Positions 1 through 13,170 of a DNA stretch of 64,000 nucleotides are shown piece after piece. Under the pieces are notes generated by a model. The model worked only from the letters and a program-made list of their open reading frames with translations, had not been told where the DNA came from and did no database searches. Location of the stretch: assembly GCA_905178155.1 (NCBI GenBank), contig CAJINV010000011.1:1201982-1265981 (forward strand), in the 5' to 3' direction. A program made the translations under genes and the position numbers. Each line of letters opens with the position of its first letter. The stretch's first letter is position 1. The stretch comes from Amoebophrya sp. A120. Its lineage: Eukaryota; Protista; Dinoflagellata.

Positions 1-16
1 TGTGACATTCGCGCTG

Positions 17-754
17 TCACTCCGCGAACCAGAGGCCGTCCTGGTTGCGGTAGAAGCTCTGGCCGGCAACGTACTTTACTTCCCTTCCCGTGTTCTCGCA
101 AAAATCTTCCCCGGACACCGTAAATTGAACCTCTGGGTCACTTTCTGCTTGCCAGTATTCCCCCCGGTTGGCGCCCGGCACTCTGCCCCAGCGCCTGCCG
201 TTGATTTTTTGAAGGAACGCCGCCCGAGACTCCTCTGCTTCTTTTCTCTGTTGTTCTATCCTCGCCTTCTGTTGCTCGTTTCTTTGCGCCATTTTCCCCG
301 TAGCTTGCCTCTGTTTCTTTTGCCGGTCGGCTCGGCCCGTCTGTTCCATCCTTTTTGCACGCATAAATTCCTTTGTGGCTTCTGCATCGGGCGGGGCCTT
401 GAAGAATTGCTCTGCATCGAGGCCGTAGTGGTGGAAGTCCTGCAACACCAGCTTCCCCCACGGTGACTTAGTCGCGACCTCGTTTGCTATCCAGAGCCCG
501 GAGGGCTCTGTTTTATCTCGCGCTGCGTGTGCCACCCAAGCCATACGCTTTTCCCGCACGGCTGTCTCTATGTCCAACACCCCCAATCGCCTGCATAGCT
601 CTATTCTGCTCGCGTAGTCGTCCTCTTCTTCCTGTTCGTCGCTCTGCTGCTGCTCTCTCTGCCACTGTCTTTTCTCGCCAAGCCACGGCGGGGCCGCTGT
701 CTTTTCTCGCCAAGCCACTGTCTTTCTCTGCCACTGTCTTTTCAGCTGGGCCAC
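17..754 (-). mobile_element. 3' fragment of a non-LTR (RTE-like) retrotransposon ORF, 5'-truncated; the element's 3' end lies off the left edge of the window
   Basis: LDIETAVREKRMAWVAHAAR resembles the post-RT I...IR..RLRW.GHV.R motif of RTE-type LINEs. The last ~60 aa align with the peptide at 27808-27997. No RT core is present. Confidence 0.6.
661..745. repeat. Scrambled short tandem repeats at the 5' truncation point of the LINE fragment
   Basis: GCCACTGTCTTT(T)CTC and CTGTCTTTTCTCGCCAAGCCAC units recur about 4 times. Confidence 0.7.
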
Positions 755-1052
755 GGCGGGCGGAGCCGCGGCGGCGGCGGTACAGTCGGCACGGGGTGGC
801 GCGTTTATCGGCTGGAAGTCGAACTGAGACGAAAGACAAAGAAATCAATGACGCATACTGAAATAAAACAACTCTGCTCAACTACTGCATGCCAGACCTG
901 CTAACGAAACTGATAAAGAAGACAGTCACGCTTCTTTAGTGGACCTATAAAACTCTTGGCGCCTGTAATTACCTTTCTAGCATCAGCTAGTCAAATGAAC
1001 TACGAGCTGAGGCTCGGGTTGTGTTTTTTATCCGTTTTGAATTCAATGTAAT

Positions 1053-1134
1053 GAACCGATCCAAGTTCAACTTGGATCGGTTCTATGAAGAATCACTATG
1101 AAGAATACAACTTAGTTGTATTCTTCATAGTGAT
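1053..1134. repeat. Two adjacent perfect palindromes
   Basis: GAACCGATCCAAGTT-c-AACTTGGATCGGTTC at 1053-1083 and ATCACTATGAAGAATACAACT-t-AGTTGTATTCTTCATAGTGAT at 1092-1134. Confidence 0.95.
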
Positions 1135-1518
1135 CGTCATGTCCTCGTGACTACCAACTCTAGATGTGGTCTCGCCCAGGGCTCCAGACATCGTTTCTTC
1201 TTCGCATCTTCGCTACTGGTAGAAGTCGCACTTAAAAAGTAGCAGTCGTTGTCGTGCAGTCGTTTTCATCTTCGGACGAGTCGCGAATGTGTCGACTGTG
1301 ATTCACGAATCGCCCGTGTAACGCGCGTTACACGACCTGGGATTTGGTTACCGGGTCGGAGATTTATTATTTTATTATTTCGCAATGTACTACATAGCGA
1401 AAGCGAACAAACAAATGAATCGAATGTAGTCCGTTCGATGACTGCTCGACGTTCCAAACGAAAAAACAAGTAGAGAAATAAACTCAAGTAGAACCTAGAA
1501 GACCAAAACTAAGCAACG

Positions 1519-2427
1519 ATGGTGCTCGGAGGACTCAGCCACCAAATATCGACCGCTTTCGCGTCCCTACCTGCATGGAGGTCTCGCGGTAGTGAGCACT
1601 ACGCCACCTCCACAAGCCACGAATCTCCTTCGCGTTTCGGAGAAGATGAGCTGCTTCGTCTTCCTGACACAGGTAGTTCCGGGAGTTCGTCTTCATCCTC
1701 ATCAAGAAAGACGTCTTCGGCCAACTGGTGGATGTTGCCGGGAGCTGCAAATCTGGGAAGCAAGACTGGAAGCAGACCACACTCGTTGTCGTCCTTTCAT
1801 GGGCTCGACAGCGGTGTAGTGCAGCCACGAACGCGAGCGACCTCGTCACTGCAGCGTACTTCTGAATCTGATTGTACACCGGTGATGAAACGCGACAAAC
1901 ATACACAATCATCAACGCTGCACCCAAATCGAAACCCAGGAGACAGCCACAGCAAGACCTCTTTTGTCGAAGCCGGTCTGATGGGCAAGGAACACCACCA
2001 TGAGGAGCACGACCACGGCGAAGGCCACGAAAACGACCACGACAAGAAAGACCACCACGGAAACAAGACCGAGCCCCAAGACCCGAAACTCCGAGCAGCG
2101 GAGGTGAAAGCGGCGGCTAGGTCGGCGTTTCGGGTGGCCTTCATCGGATTCATGGCGGCTTCTTCGGAATGGATGTCGGCGTATGTGGGATACCAGATGG
2201 ACGTACTTTAACGTTGTGCTTTGTTTTGCTATCTAGAGCTGGTAGAGTTGTGCATAGCAAACTCCAAACTTCCCTGCCGTCGTTTCTTGTCTTTTGTGAA
2301 AAACAAAACTCTCCAAACACCAAAACAGATCGTGCTGGATGAGGAAGACAGCAAAGCCGAAGACGCGAAAGACCGAGTTATGGAAGCGAGGCGAGCCGCG
2401 GGGCCAGCACCGCAGATGATGCGGTGA
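1519..2427 (+). CDS. Hypothetical Ser/His-rich protein, 2 exons (1519-2202, 2329-2427)
   Basis: ORF 1519 joins in frame through a GT..CAG intron at 2203-2328 to IVLDEEDSK...MMR*. Confidence 0.6.
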
Positions 2428-3681
2428 GAAACAAACACATTGTGACGTAGCAAGAATAACAGAACGGATATCCTCTGATCGTGATCGTCGTCATTGTGAC
2501 TCCGTATTTTTGCAGCTAATTGGACAAATCTGTATCTGAAGCTGCTTTTCGGCTCAGAGCGTGATCTTTCGTATTTCTTTCGAAGGGAAAACTTTGACAA
2601 CACCACCAACACTTAATCCACGAATAATACTTCGACGCTCTACCTCTACAAGTACAAGTGACTGATGCAACTAGATGCAAGAAGTAGACTTTCGTACAAC
2701 TTCCGTAGCTCGGTCGTGAATCGGAAATGAAAACCAAAACGTGTCTTAATGCCAGAAGGAGATTCGTTTTCGCCGTCATGGTGATATGCAATCAACACAC
2801 CGCTGTCGTCGATACTGTTTGATCGTCAAAAAAATCGTAGTCTTCAGTACGAAAAACGAACCGGAAGCGAAAATCTGTCGTGAAGAACGCTTTAATCTCT
2901 GAAGAAATCGGAAACTCTTGGTGATAAATTTCCAATTCGTCATGCCATCGTGAAACTTCTTCGTCGTCGCAATTCGTCAGGCTACGCTCACATGAAAACG
3001 TTTACGTCAACGAATCGAAATCGTAATCGTATTGATGGACATTGCACAGAATTATATCCACAACGTAAAGAAAGGTAAAACTGAATTCGTTCGGAATGTT
3101 TCGTCATGTAAAATCTTCGGATCATCGTCGGCGGTCATGATGTTGAAGCTAGCTTTCATATTCATCTTACGTTCCTGAAAATGTCACAATTTTTCAGTGA
3201 AATCTTGATCCAAAATTCCCCTACATCTTTAAAAAGCTCTCTCCCACCCATATTTTCAATTTCGTAGTAGTTTCGTACCCCGAACGCAAAATTTTGTTTC
3301 TCTCTGCATGTAACCAAAAATTTTTGTATTTTCCGTTTTTCCCCTATCTTGTTCGACCGAATAATTTTCCAAACTAGAATTTGTTGCAGGTTGTTGGGTT
3401 TTCGAAAGAAAGTACTGTAGAAAATGTCCTAAGAAAGTGGAAGAAAATTGTGAGTAGAGGAGATAACACTCAAAGACATCATAACTGGCTCACTCTGCTG
3501 CTCAGGCGAAGTTTGATTCCCTGCTCGCAAGAACGACAAAAAAAATTTCGTCCCCCTCCCGTGTGGCAAGTAGTACCCAGACATCGAGAGTTGGAGCCGA
3601 CGCCAACTAGCGACAACCCGCCGCACCAGAAGAAGTTGAAGTACCCGCATCGGATTTTCGCAACACAAACCCGACGGCAAG

Positions 3682-6600
3682 ATGAATCTGTTACTGTTCT
3701 GGCACAGTGAGATCACCAAGGAGGAGGTGAAGGGGCATAATATGTACACGGTGGAAATCGACCCCACAGATTACAGGTACTTACTGCTTTTGCGAAGATT
3801 GCATGAGGAACAATTTTGGACATGATTTAATTATGTACGTACAAGTAGATGCTTTCATACTGCTCTGCATGGCAGGATGACAGATGAACAAGTGGGATGT
3901 CGTACAACCTCAATATGAAGCAAGAAATGCAAAATCGAAAAATCAAGAAAAACATTAAAAAAAACACACATCCAGGTTTACCCACATTTTCGAAGTCCTA
4001 AACCTTTCTGGCTTCGTCGACCAGGTGGTGAAAGTTGGCATTGTCAACGGCAACACGGGGCTCGGCGAGGTCGAGTGGATCACGTACCCAAGGAATGACT
4101 TGCTCCGTCAGAAACTGGAAACGGGCGACGTGAAGTACCCCGTTTGCCTCCACGTCACCTCCGTGAGCCCGGAGGAGCTGCAGCCCCAGGAAAAAATCCA
4201 ACCCGGGGAAGAGGAGATTGACGCAAAGCAGTTGTTGAGCACAAGGGGAATCGGACGGGAGCAGGACGATGATAGTTATCTGCCCTATGTGTTGGAAAAC
4301 CGAAAAACGCTGATCTGCAAGCGGGTCGGCCCCAGCTACGGTCGCCGGGAGCCGCAGTTCGATCTGGACGGGTTTCTCGCGGCCAAATCGGAACAGGACG
4401 GGGAGCCGCCAAACAAGAGGTCAAGGTCCAACAGCCTGGCCAGTAATACCCCGCAGATGTCACCCGTGAAATACTCGGGGGACAAGAAGCTCGTGCACTT
4501 TATCCAGAGGTACTAGCCATAGCCGCTATGTTCCTCTTTGAGTTTTTTGCTTTTACTTTTGTTTTGATGTTCACTTGGTAATGTTAGCCAGTGCCAGTGA
4601 CATCAGTTTCAATAGCCATCGATCTACTTGTGAGCGAATGCATTAATAGTTACTTGCGCCACATCTACATCAGGCGACAATTCCGTTTGTTATTTGAAAA
4701 TCAATTTTCCCCATCTAAAATCCACTACAGACTCCGTGTCAAGCTGAAATTCACGCCCGAGCAGCTGTACCAGGGCCATGAAATGCAGCTTACGCGAAAA
4801 ACCTTCTTTATGGAGCTGTCAGGTTTGAAATCGTCAAAGTTGAAATAGTTTGCCATGCATAAAATGCAACGCAGAAAGTGTCTGTCTTGCAGAGTAGGCA
4901 AGGGGGGCAGATTGTAAGCCTGTTTTGAGGTAGAAATAAAGCTGCTGAAGTAGCATGACAAAAGGCGACTTCCTTACCCAAACAGCACGACAGACTGGAT
5001 TTCGGATCTACCCAAATTTGTCATGCGCCACTTGGCAACGGGGTTGCAACTTTCATCCATTTTCTGCATTACAAGTTATTTCAACTTTGTCGATTTCAAT
5101 CCTGACACATCCATATTCTTTACCCGCGGCGAACTCGCCCTGGGCCACACCGGTCGTTAGCATACAGAAGGGTGAATTTCCAGTGAACAATTTGTATTGC
5201 GTGGCATGATGCATGGATTAATCTTCAGGTGCATGCGAAGAACTAGAACACGAGGACAACATACAAGAAGCCAGCGCGCCGCGTTGATGGGCTGCTTGGC
5301 TGGTGGCGCTTCCCTCCTGTGGACGCTTGCCGCTTGTTGCCCAAAGAGGCGCACCTGGTGGACTGCGAAGCAACGCAGGTGGCTTAGGGCGGTCTTACAA
5401 CACGACGCTGCATGATCCGCAGACTCGATAGTGGCGGATCGACCGGGACGAGGGCTATGCCTGTAAAGGGGGTCAAAGGTACTAGCTCAACATGTCAAAA
5501 TAGAGAAGTCGCGTCACGGGTTGTGGCTGCCTCGGCTTGGATATCTGGAGACAGGTTGCTACGGATGCTAGCATCGCCTGCTTTGCTTTGTAAGTAACCT
5601 CCTCCCAGCTGTGTTCCTGCCTCATCTTGGTCGGTTCCTCTAGTAGTCTTCTTTGACGTGACCCCCAGGTCAGGAATTCTCTTGGTGAATTTTGAGGCTT
5701 TGTCTTTTTGCGAAACTTTTTTGAAGCCCCAAACTCGGAGTCTCTCACGCGCTAGCGAATTTTGAACAGGCACCGGAACCCAAAATTCACCGGCGCCCTT
5801 TTCAAAATTCACCCGAAAATTCACCGAGCGCCCCTTTTCGACCGTGATAAGCAAACTTTGGCGCAGAAAAGTGCTCAAAAATGTGCACAGGTAGGCCCTG
5901 GGGAGTGGGGCCGAGGGGAAAAGACAAGCGCCCTCTGTTGCCCTCAGCCCGTCTATATTCTGCCGAAAAGGCCTGGGGAGTTCACGCGCCTGCCGGGTAG
6001 AGGCGTCAAAGCTCTCGGCCTGGTCCTTTCACTCGTTTTTTTGCGCCTTCTTCCCTAATTGCATGTGCTTCGCAGCCTTTCTTTTTAGCGTCTTTGCCGC
6101 GGCTGCTGCAGTGCTCTATGCGAGCACAGGGAGACGAATAGACATGGCCAAAGAACGGCACCCAGGCCATGCCTAGAAGCTGCCCGCCGCATAATAAATT
6201 AAGCCTTGACTTCTGCGGTGTGCAGAACCCACTTCCCAGAAGGGCAAGAGGGATAATGCCCCGGCGGACTCATCTGCAATCTGTCATGCAAAATTCACTA
6301 CAAATTCGCCACTTCTCATGCTAACGGGTGTTAAAGCTGTAACTTCTTTACCCGCGGCGAACTCGCCCTGGGCCACACCGCCCCGGCACCGCATATCCTG
6401 AGTAAAAACGTACCCACACCAGAGTTGTAATGCAGATTTGCAAAGACAGCAAGACTTGTAATGCGCATCCGCATGAGAGCCATTTCCAATCGTGATGTGG
6501 GATTTGTGATGCTGTGAACAGGATGAGCAGATGAATCTGTGATGCGGCTGCACTTGCTAACCTGCACTACACTGCAGAGCGCAATTTGTCATGCGTGACT

Positions 6601-8500
6601 CACAAAGCTCCTAGGTTTGTGTTGCAAAATCCCCATCCTGACTCTGGTGTGGGTACGTTTTTACTCAGGATACCGCAGCCAATTTTGTCACCCTCGCAGA
6701 TTGCGCTCGGATCTCCCGAAATGCCACTCTCGCCGCTGATGCGACAGACGCAGGTGAAGGAGAGGAAAGAGGGCATCAACTACGTTTTCTTCAAGGTATA
6801 GGGATCAGTACAACTTTTTTTTGTGCGGCTAGTAATGCGCATCCGTCTCCTGCCATCTAAGGCGTAAGCGGAGCGCACGCTGCATTTATATGACTTTTTT
6901 CAACTACCAAGGAATGTGACCACCCAGGCAGGACGAGCGTAAGCTAGTGTCATGTTGATCATCGCAAACCAATCTTTGTCTTTATGCAACGAAACCCCAC
7001 AACAGGGCGCCGCGCTCCCGAAGCTTCCGGACGGCGTGACAGAGGACAACGACCCGCTCCGGACTCGTCTCTTCTACGTGGAAGACCCCATCCTTTCCGG
7101 CGACCTCTCCGGCAACGACGGGCCGAGCAATCTCGTGAGCAGCGAGGCCAGCGGAGACGACGGCAAGCAGCTCCCCGGCCTGGGCAAGATCTACGTGAAT
7201 GAGAAGGGGGAGAAGATCTACCCGGACGTTCCCGAGAACACGAAGATCCAGGTGCAGTCGAAAAAGGGCGAGGAAACGACCCGCGTCGTGATTCCCGGCA
7301 CGCCCGAGCTGACCGCCGTCCCCGGCGGCAAGAAGGGCAAGGGGGCGAGCCCACACATTTTGAAGCCCCCACCCGCGAAATTGTCCAAGCCCGTGCCGAA
7401 GGCCGAGGCGATGGCGGCGAGCAAGAGGGAAACTTCCGGCAGTCCGGAGCCCAACAAGGAACGAAAATCTGGGCGAAAATCCTCCATGCGACTCGGGAAA
7501 GCGCCGTTGTGGGACGTGCACCCGAATATCGACGTGATTCTCTGCTGTCCACGACCAAAAACGCTGGACAAAATCTTCGCGCAACTCGCAAACTTCGGCG
7601 TCAGGCGAATTTTTGTCGTGGGCGCCGCGAAGAAGGTATTGGGTGGTTCTTTATGTATAGCAAGTACATCATCTGCATCTGTATGTGATGTCCAGTAGCT
7701 GTGTATACTTGTTCATCGATCCCAGTCATACACTGCGTATCGCTTCCAGCACCTCGTTTCGACGAGGAAAGCTATCATGGTCCTCATCATTTTTTCATGC
7801 TCGAGAATAGAACAAGTTTAAGATGAAATTCAAATTATCCAAACCGATTCCTCCATCACAACAGGTCGAGCCGTCCTATTTCAGCAACACGAAAAAACTG
7901 TCCCCCGAGAACATCGAAAGAGCGCTTCTCGAGGGTCTGTCCCAGTCCGCGTATTACACCCGGATGCCGATGGTCCGGGTGTTGCCGAAACTCAGCATCA
8001 CGGAATTGTTGAAGTCCGGGTTCGGCATCAACAGCAAGATCTCACCCAAGATCGAGAAGAACCGCGGCCCGGAGCTCCCGCCGGACCCGACGGACAAGTC
8101 GACGCAACTCACCTTCGCGAACCACGAGGAAGCTTTCAGCGACGTGATGACCAGTGCCCAGATGGAGGAAACGACGATGTTCGCAGTTCGGGGGAAGACT
8201 TGTGCGAACAACTACCAGTACGGGAGTCTCAACCTAGTCGCGCACCCGTCCTCCACTTCCAGGAAAATCTCCGACATCATCTGCGACGACACCTACGCCG
8301 CGTTTCGGGGCGGGTTCTTGGGGAAAAGAGCCTACAACCGCATTGTGCTCTGCATCGGACCGGAGGGCGGCTGGACGGACCACGAGCTGGAACACGAATT
8401 AACCGCGTTCGAACAGGTGTCGCTCGGGCCCCGGGTCTTGAAGACGTCGGACGCCACGCAAAGTGTGTTGACCTTGCTGTACGAAGAGCTCGGGATCTAG
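3682..8500 (+). CDS. RsmE-like SPOUT RNA methyltransferase with long insertions; exons approx. 3682-3776, 3976-4509, 4674-4808, 5121-5152, 6381-6393, 6678-6795, 7006-7635, 7865-8500
   Basis: N-terminus MNLLLF...THIFEVL...VKVGIVNG (PUA-like). Central ILCCPRPKTL...FGVRRI...KVEPSYF...LEGLSQ. C-terminal IGPEGGW and SLGPRVLK are RsmE signatures. Four GT-AG and three non-canonical introns give one open frame. Confidence 0.8.
4809..5115. mobile_element. TIR introner, family A (307 bp)
   Basis: TATGGAGCTGTCAGG...CCTGACACATCCATA with ~39-bp imperfect TIR and TSD TTCTT (4804-4808/5116-5120). Removal gives RKTFFTRGE. Confidence 0.9.
5153..6343. mobile_element. ~1.2-kb TIR-bearing insertion flanked by a 37-bp direct repeat
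   Basis: Imperfect TIR CGTTAGCAT..GAAG..GAATTT..AGTGAA at ~5155 and its reverse complement ending ~6326. Direct repeat at 5116-5152 and 6344-6380. Confidence 0.75.
6394..6672. mobile_element. TIR introner (279 bp) with a perfect 32-bp TIR
   Basis: TATCCTGAGTAAAAACGTACCCACACCAGAGT and its exact reverse complement at 6641-6672; TSD CCGCA. Removal gives APAPQPILS. Confidence 0.93.
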
Positions 8501-9904
8501 AGGGTTGGTGACATGATCTTCATCACGACCATCACGAGGACGAGCCATTCGACATGCAGGGTTCTGCACTGATTTCTCAAGCGACACAAAAATAGGATTT
8601 TTTATAGCGACTTTATCTTTATTCGAGTTTACAGACCAATAGCAATAGCAAAGTAGTAGTTCAGACAGAGACAGCTCTGTCACTATTCACTACAGTTTAT
8701 TCCAGAATTTTCAAAGAAATCTTTTACAGACACAGTTTTCATCATCCTAGCAATAGCAATAGCTTAGTTGCTACCACTCAGAGGCGACAAACAAAAACAT
8801 AACGGTTAGCACTTCTAAACTTGTAGTTTATCGTTGTAGCGACAACTATCACAATTACCTATCTTTAGAATTCAGTATATGCACGACAATCAAGTACGAG
8901 TTTGAATTTGAGCGGAGGTGTAGCTTTTGGCATACGACTAGCACGATTTAGTTGTAGCAGTAGCGCAGAAGGAGCAAGACGCATTTGCTGTTCGAGGTGA
9001 TAAGTTAAGACAACTTCACTTCATTTGTACACCATTCGGCGACTACGACTACGAGAAAGAGGCCTGTTGCGCTTTGTACCGAAAAGGAGGGTCGTGCTAG
9101 ATGTATGATTCACAAAACGTTCAAACCTGTACCTACTATTGAAGATTTGAAATGTACATTCTTGCGTAGAAGTTTTCCCGGGCTGCCAAGGGTCCAGCCT
9201 CTTCCTACTTTTGCCCTCTTCTACTTTTTCCTCTTTATTGCCTACTCCAACCAGGTAGAGCTAGCGCAGTAGTGGTTGTGGTCGGTGATGCTGATAAGTA
9301 CTAAGTAAGTAGCCGCCCTTGCTTTCATCTCGATTCGGTCGAAACTAAGATTTTGGAGTCGCAGATTCCCACACCCAGCACTCGGTCTGTTTGTTGTGTC
9401 TTACCGTGAAATGAAACGGCACGGATGCTTTATTAATTTGCAGGTTTATCGGTCGGTTGCAAAAGTTGCACTACAAGTGTGAGCTGTTAATACTCGCTTT
9501 CGGTTATTCTCATTCTCTTATCGAACAGTGCCTTACTTTTTGAACCCAAAAATCGGCTTCAATCGCGGAAAAAAAAACACCAGGTCTCCACCAAAAAGAG
9601 GAGGGCCCTGAGACCAAAAACCCCTTTTTGACTCCACATTTCATTCCTTATTCCCGTGGGGGCTGCGGCACGGGAGTCCTTGTTAGTACATCATCACATT
9701 TCTAAGTTGCACACGAAGATTCTCATCCTTTTATTCTTTACCTCCACGACGTCTTATCTCGTCGGGTAGTTACAAGTTACGTGACCTGGGTGTTTTAGGT
9801 TCATCTCGTCCAAACTATCCAACTGCAGTAAACCAGGTTCTAGATCATGTTGATCTAGTTCCTGGTGTAGTTACATAAGTAGCGAAGCAGGAGTTATCAT
9901 CAAT

Positions 9905-12077
9905 ATGGCCACAACAGCAGCCGGTGCCGCGGCAGCCCTTTCTTCGACCAGCTATTCCGCAGCTTCGAGCCAGCATGGCAGCGAGCGAGAGCACTATGGT
10001 GTTGGTGGTGTCAACCACATGGCCGCGAGGATCCCCCCAATCCCGACCTCTTCACGGTCACAACTGAGTGCCGGCACCGGCATCAGCGGAGCGGGGTCAG
10101 TGGCGGGGGAGATGGTGACCGCTGGTGGGACGAGCAGCAGCAGCGCGGCGATGTTTAGTCGACCAATAAACTTAGCTGCTTCACCAGGAGCACCGGTGAG
10201 CGGGGTTGCGAATCCGAACCTTTTGTATCATAGGACCACCTCCGCGGCGGCCACAAGTAGCAGCACTACAACTGGGCCGACGATGGCACACCTACTTCAT
10301 CCGGCTTTCGACCTGGTAAACGGGACGACAGCTAGTATTAGTAGTAACAACGCAGTGATATACGACGTCGACGACTTAGTGTACCAGGAAGTACAGAAAG
10401 CCGCCCAGCAGAAGCTGCATCTGTCGCACGATTTTCCGAAACCCAGTGCTGCCACGCTCGCCTTATTAATGAGGGCCAGCTCGGGACAGCAGGCCGCGTC
10501 AACATCGTTGTTGAAAAAAGCGGGAAATAAAGATAGCAGCAACTACAAGGGGGCGCAAATACCCACCGCGACAGCAACGTCCTTGTCAAAGACCAAAGGC
10601 GAAGATGAGGATCAGCCCAGCAAACTCGGACCCGGTGATGGCGAGATAGAGTCGATTCCCTCGTGCGGAAAGCAAATCTCGCGCAGCACCAGCGCTTGCA
10701 CCGCCGGTGTTCTGTCACCCGGCAATCGGAAGACAAACAGTACGGCGAGCAGCTCTTACCCGTCTGGAGAGCTCCTTAACGAAGTAGCGGTAGAAGAGAT
10801 GTTGAACCTGAACGGAGCTCCAACAGGAACAAGACAGCATGTTGAGAACACCACCACGACGATAACATCAAATCCTCAAGACGTAGACAGCGCGACGCTG
10901 GAACTGCAACTGGAGGCGCAGCGACCGCCGGAAAAACCGCGAGAATTGTTTGCGACGAAGGTACCGGTCGTTCTTGGTGTTGACGACATGGGGACGCAGT
11001 CGAGCACGAGTTCCTTCCAGCAACAGGACATAGCTGGGAAGCTGTACAGCCAGAGTATCAGAGACTACAGGAGCAATGCGAACAACGAATTCTACCATGC
11101 AGGGACCTCTACAGGATCTTCTTTAGCGACGAGTAAAAATCAAGCAGTCACAACTACTTGTTCAGATATCGCAGGTCGTATCGACCAGCTGCATCAGCAC
11201 CGCCCTCCCTCAGGCAATACAAGCAAACGCGGTGTTGACAACTCGCGATCCCAGCACCTGTACCAGCAAAACCGCGACCTGAGACAATTGGCTGCGCAAC
11301 AGCACCTCCGCGAGGAACAAGATGAGGAAATTTTCGTGACCCACACCAACTTGGCGCAAATCTGCAGTCCGTTGTTTTTGAAATGGGAGAAGCATGCGCA
11401 TTGCAGCACGGATTTAATTCTCCTGACCAGGTTCGCTCGGCTGCTTAACCTACAGTCTTCCATTTACGACGAGTTCGCGCGGATCTACTTGCGGATGATG
11501 AAAATGCTGCACTTGTGCGACTACCCAACCTCGGAGCTGGCTTCCGTTTTAGCCCACGCTTCCTCCTACTACAGCACTGTAACGGTTTCGATGTCACAAC
11601 CCATGGCAGCGCTGGAAAGGGCAAACGTCATCACGATATTGTACAGACTCATTTTCTTGCTTTTGATCAATTGAGATGGCAAGTAAGTATGCATCTCTGG
11701 GAGTCCTCGTTGAAGATGTTGTGATAGATAATTTGCAATCATTTCTTAGGCACTGCTATCATGAAAAGCCTGAGATTGGATCCCGATGAACAAAAATGCC
11801 GAGGAGCAAAAAAAACAAATCAAAACTCAGGTGTTTCGTTGGGCATAGTTACGCGCAAGACGAGTGCTGCCCGCTGCGGGTCTGGCACCAGTATCTCTTC
11901 AACCGGTACTGCGATTTGAGAACGTTGAATCAGGCACTCATCCGGATCTTGATGCTGCTCCGCTGGAACTTAAGGGTTCACGACGTCCATGCGCGGCACA
12001 GATTCCTCATGCTCGAAGACGTGACAGGGGCAGGGACGAGAAGTGGCGTGGGCGAAGCTGATCTTCTGGAAAGATGA
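9905..12077 (+). CDS. Low-complexity protein with a C-terminal cyclin-fold-like domain (p35/PHO80-like by eye); exons 9905-11640, 11831-12077
   Basis: A GT..CAG intron at 11641-11830 joins ANVITIL to CFVGHSYAQDECCPLRVWHQYLF, which resembles the CDK5-activator LYLSYSY..E..YPL segment. Confidence 0.55.
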
Positions 12078-13170
12078 CAAAAGGAGAAGATGAACTTCTG
12101 CGGAATTTAGGATTGACGATGTTCTCTCCATAGAATTTTTCAAAGCACGATCATCGCATGATTCATACAGTCAGAATCAAAAACGCAAAACCTTCGCCAC
12201 AGCGAAACCACAGTACGTGCACGTGCGTGGCCGCCTAAGTACTTTTTTGGTGCGACCTTCGCCTTCCTTTGCGAGGTTTGGTCACGATGTTCGCCAAGAC
12301 TGATCATTCCAGCAAGAACTGAAAAGCGCAACTAATGCCGGGGAGATGATCCTCGCATGATGATGATCCGGCTCTCTAAAGTTACGCTTATTGCTCGTCG
12401 AAGCCTCCTGTGCATCATGTCGGACTCAAAATTACCAAAATAGATCAGGCAGTTCTTCCGCGCTCACAATCAACGATTTCTCTGTGAACCTCATCGGAGA
12501 CTTCGCTAGACTCGAGTGCTACAACAACAGACTCATTTCTTGTCCCGGTTACGCCTTTATCCTTTGTGGCTGACTGGTCTATCCTTGGGTCGACAATCAT
12601 GTAATTTGCATTTAGATGCAGTTTTATAGATTCTGGTTCATTCTTGTCCTGTACTTCCTTTCTCCCGTGGATGTGCAGTCTATCATTGGACCTAAAGCAA
12701 CTGCTATCCAGTCGAAGGGTTCCCCGCTTTCTGTAGTGGTGAACTCTTTTTTGGAAGTGACAGATAGATGATTTTGGACATTCGGTACTCTTTTTTGCGT
12801 TGTACCCGCTTCATTGAAACGCGCCGTTGAATGATCGGTAATGAGCATGAATGGGTATTTCTCGGTCATGGTATTTAAAAATTTAAAATTAGTCGCATAT
12901 CGGTTTTGCATCATTTTATCAGCGCAAATCGGTACTTTTGCTCAGGTTGGCAACAAGCCCGCAATCTCGGTAATCTCGCAATCGTAGCAGGCGGAGACTC
13001 GTCGCGAGCTAGATCTCTCTCTTCATGTGCAAAGCCATAATTTGAATTTGTTTGCGACATCACAAGAGCGCTGCTATTAGGGCCCCTGGTGGAGCCCACT
13101 CAGTCTAGTACTAGTTCGGGATATATCATACCTGTTTAGGTCGAACAAGTTGACTTCTTTTTATCCGCAG

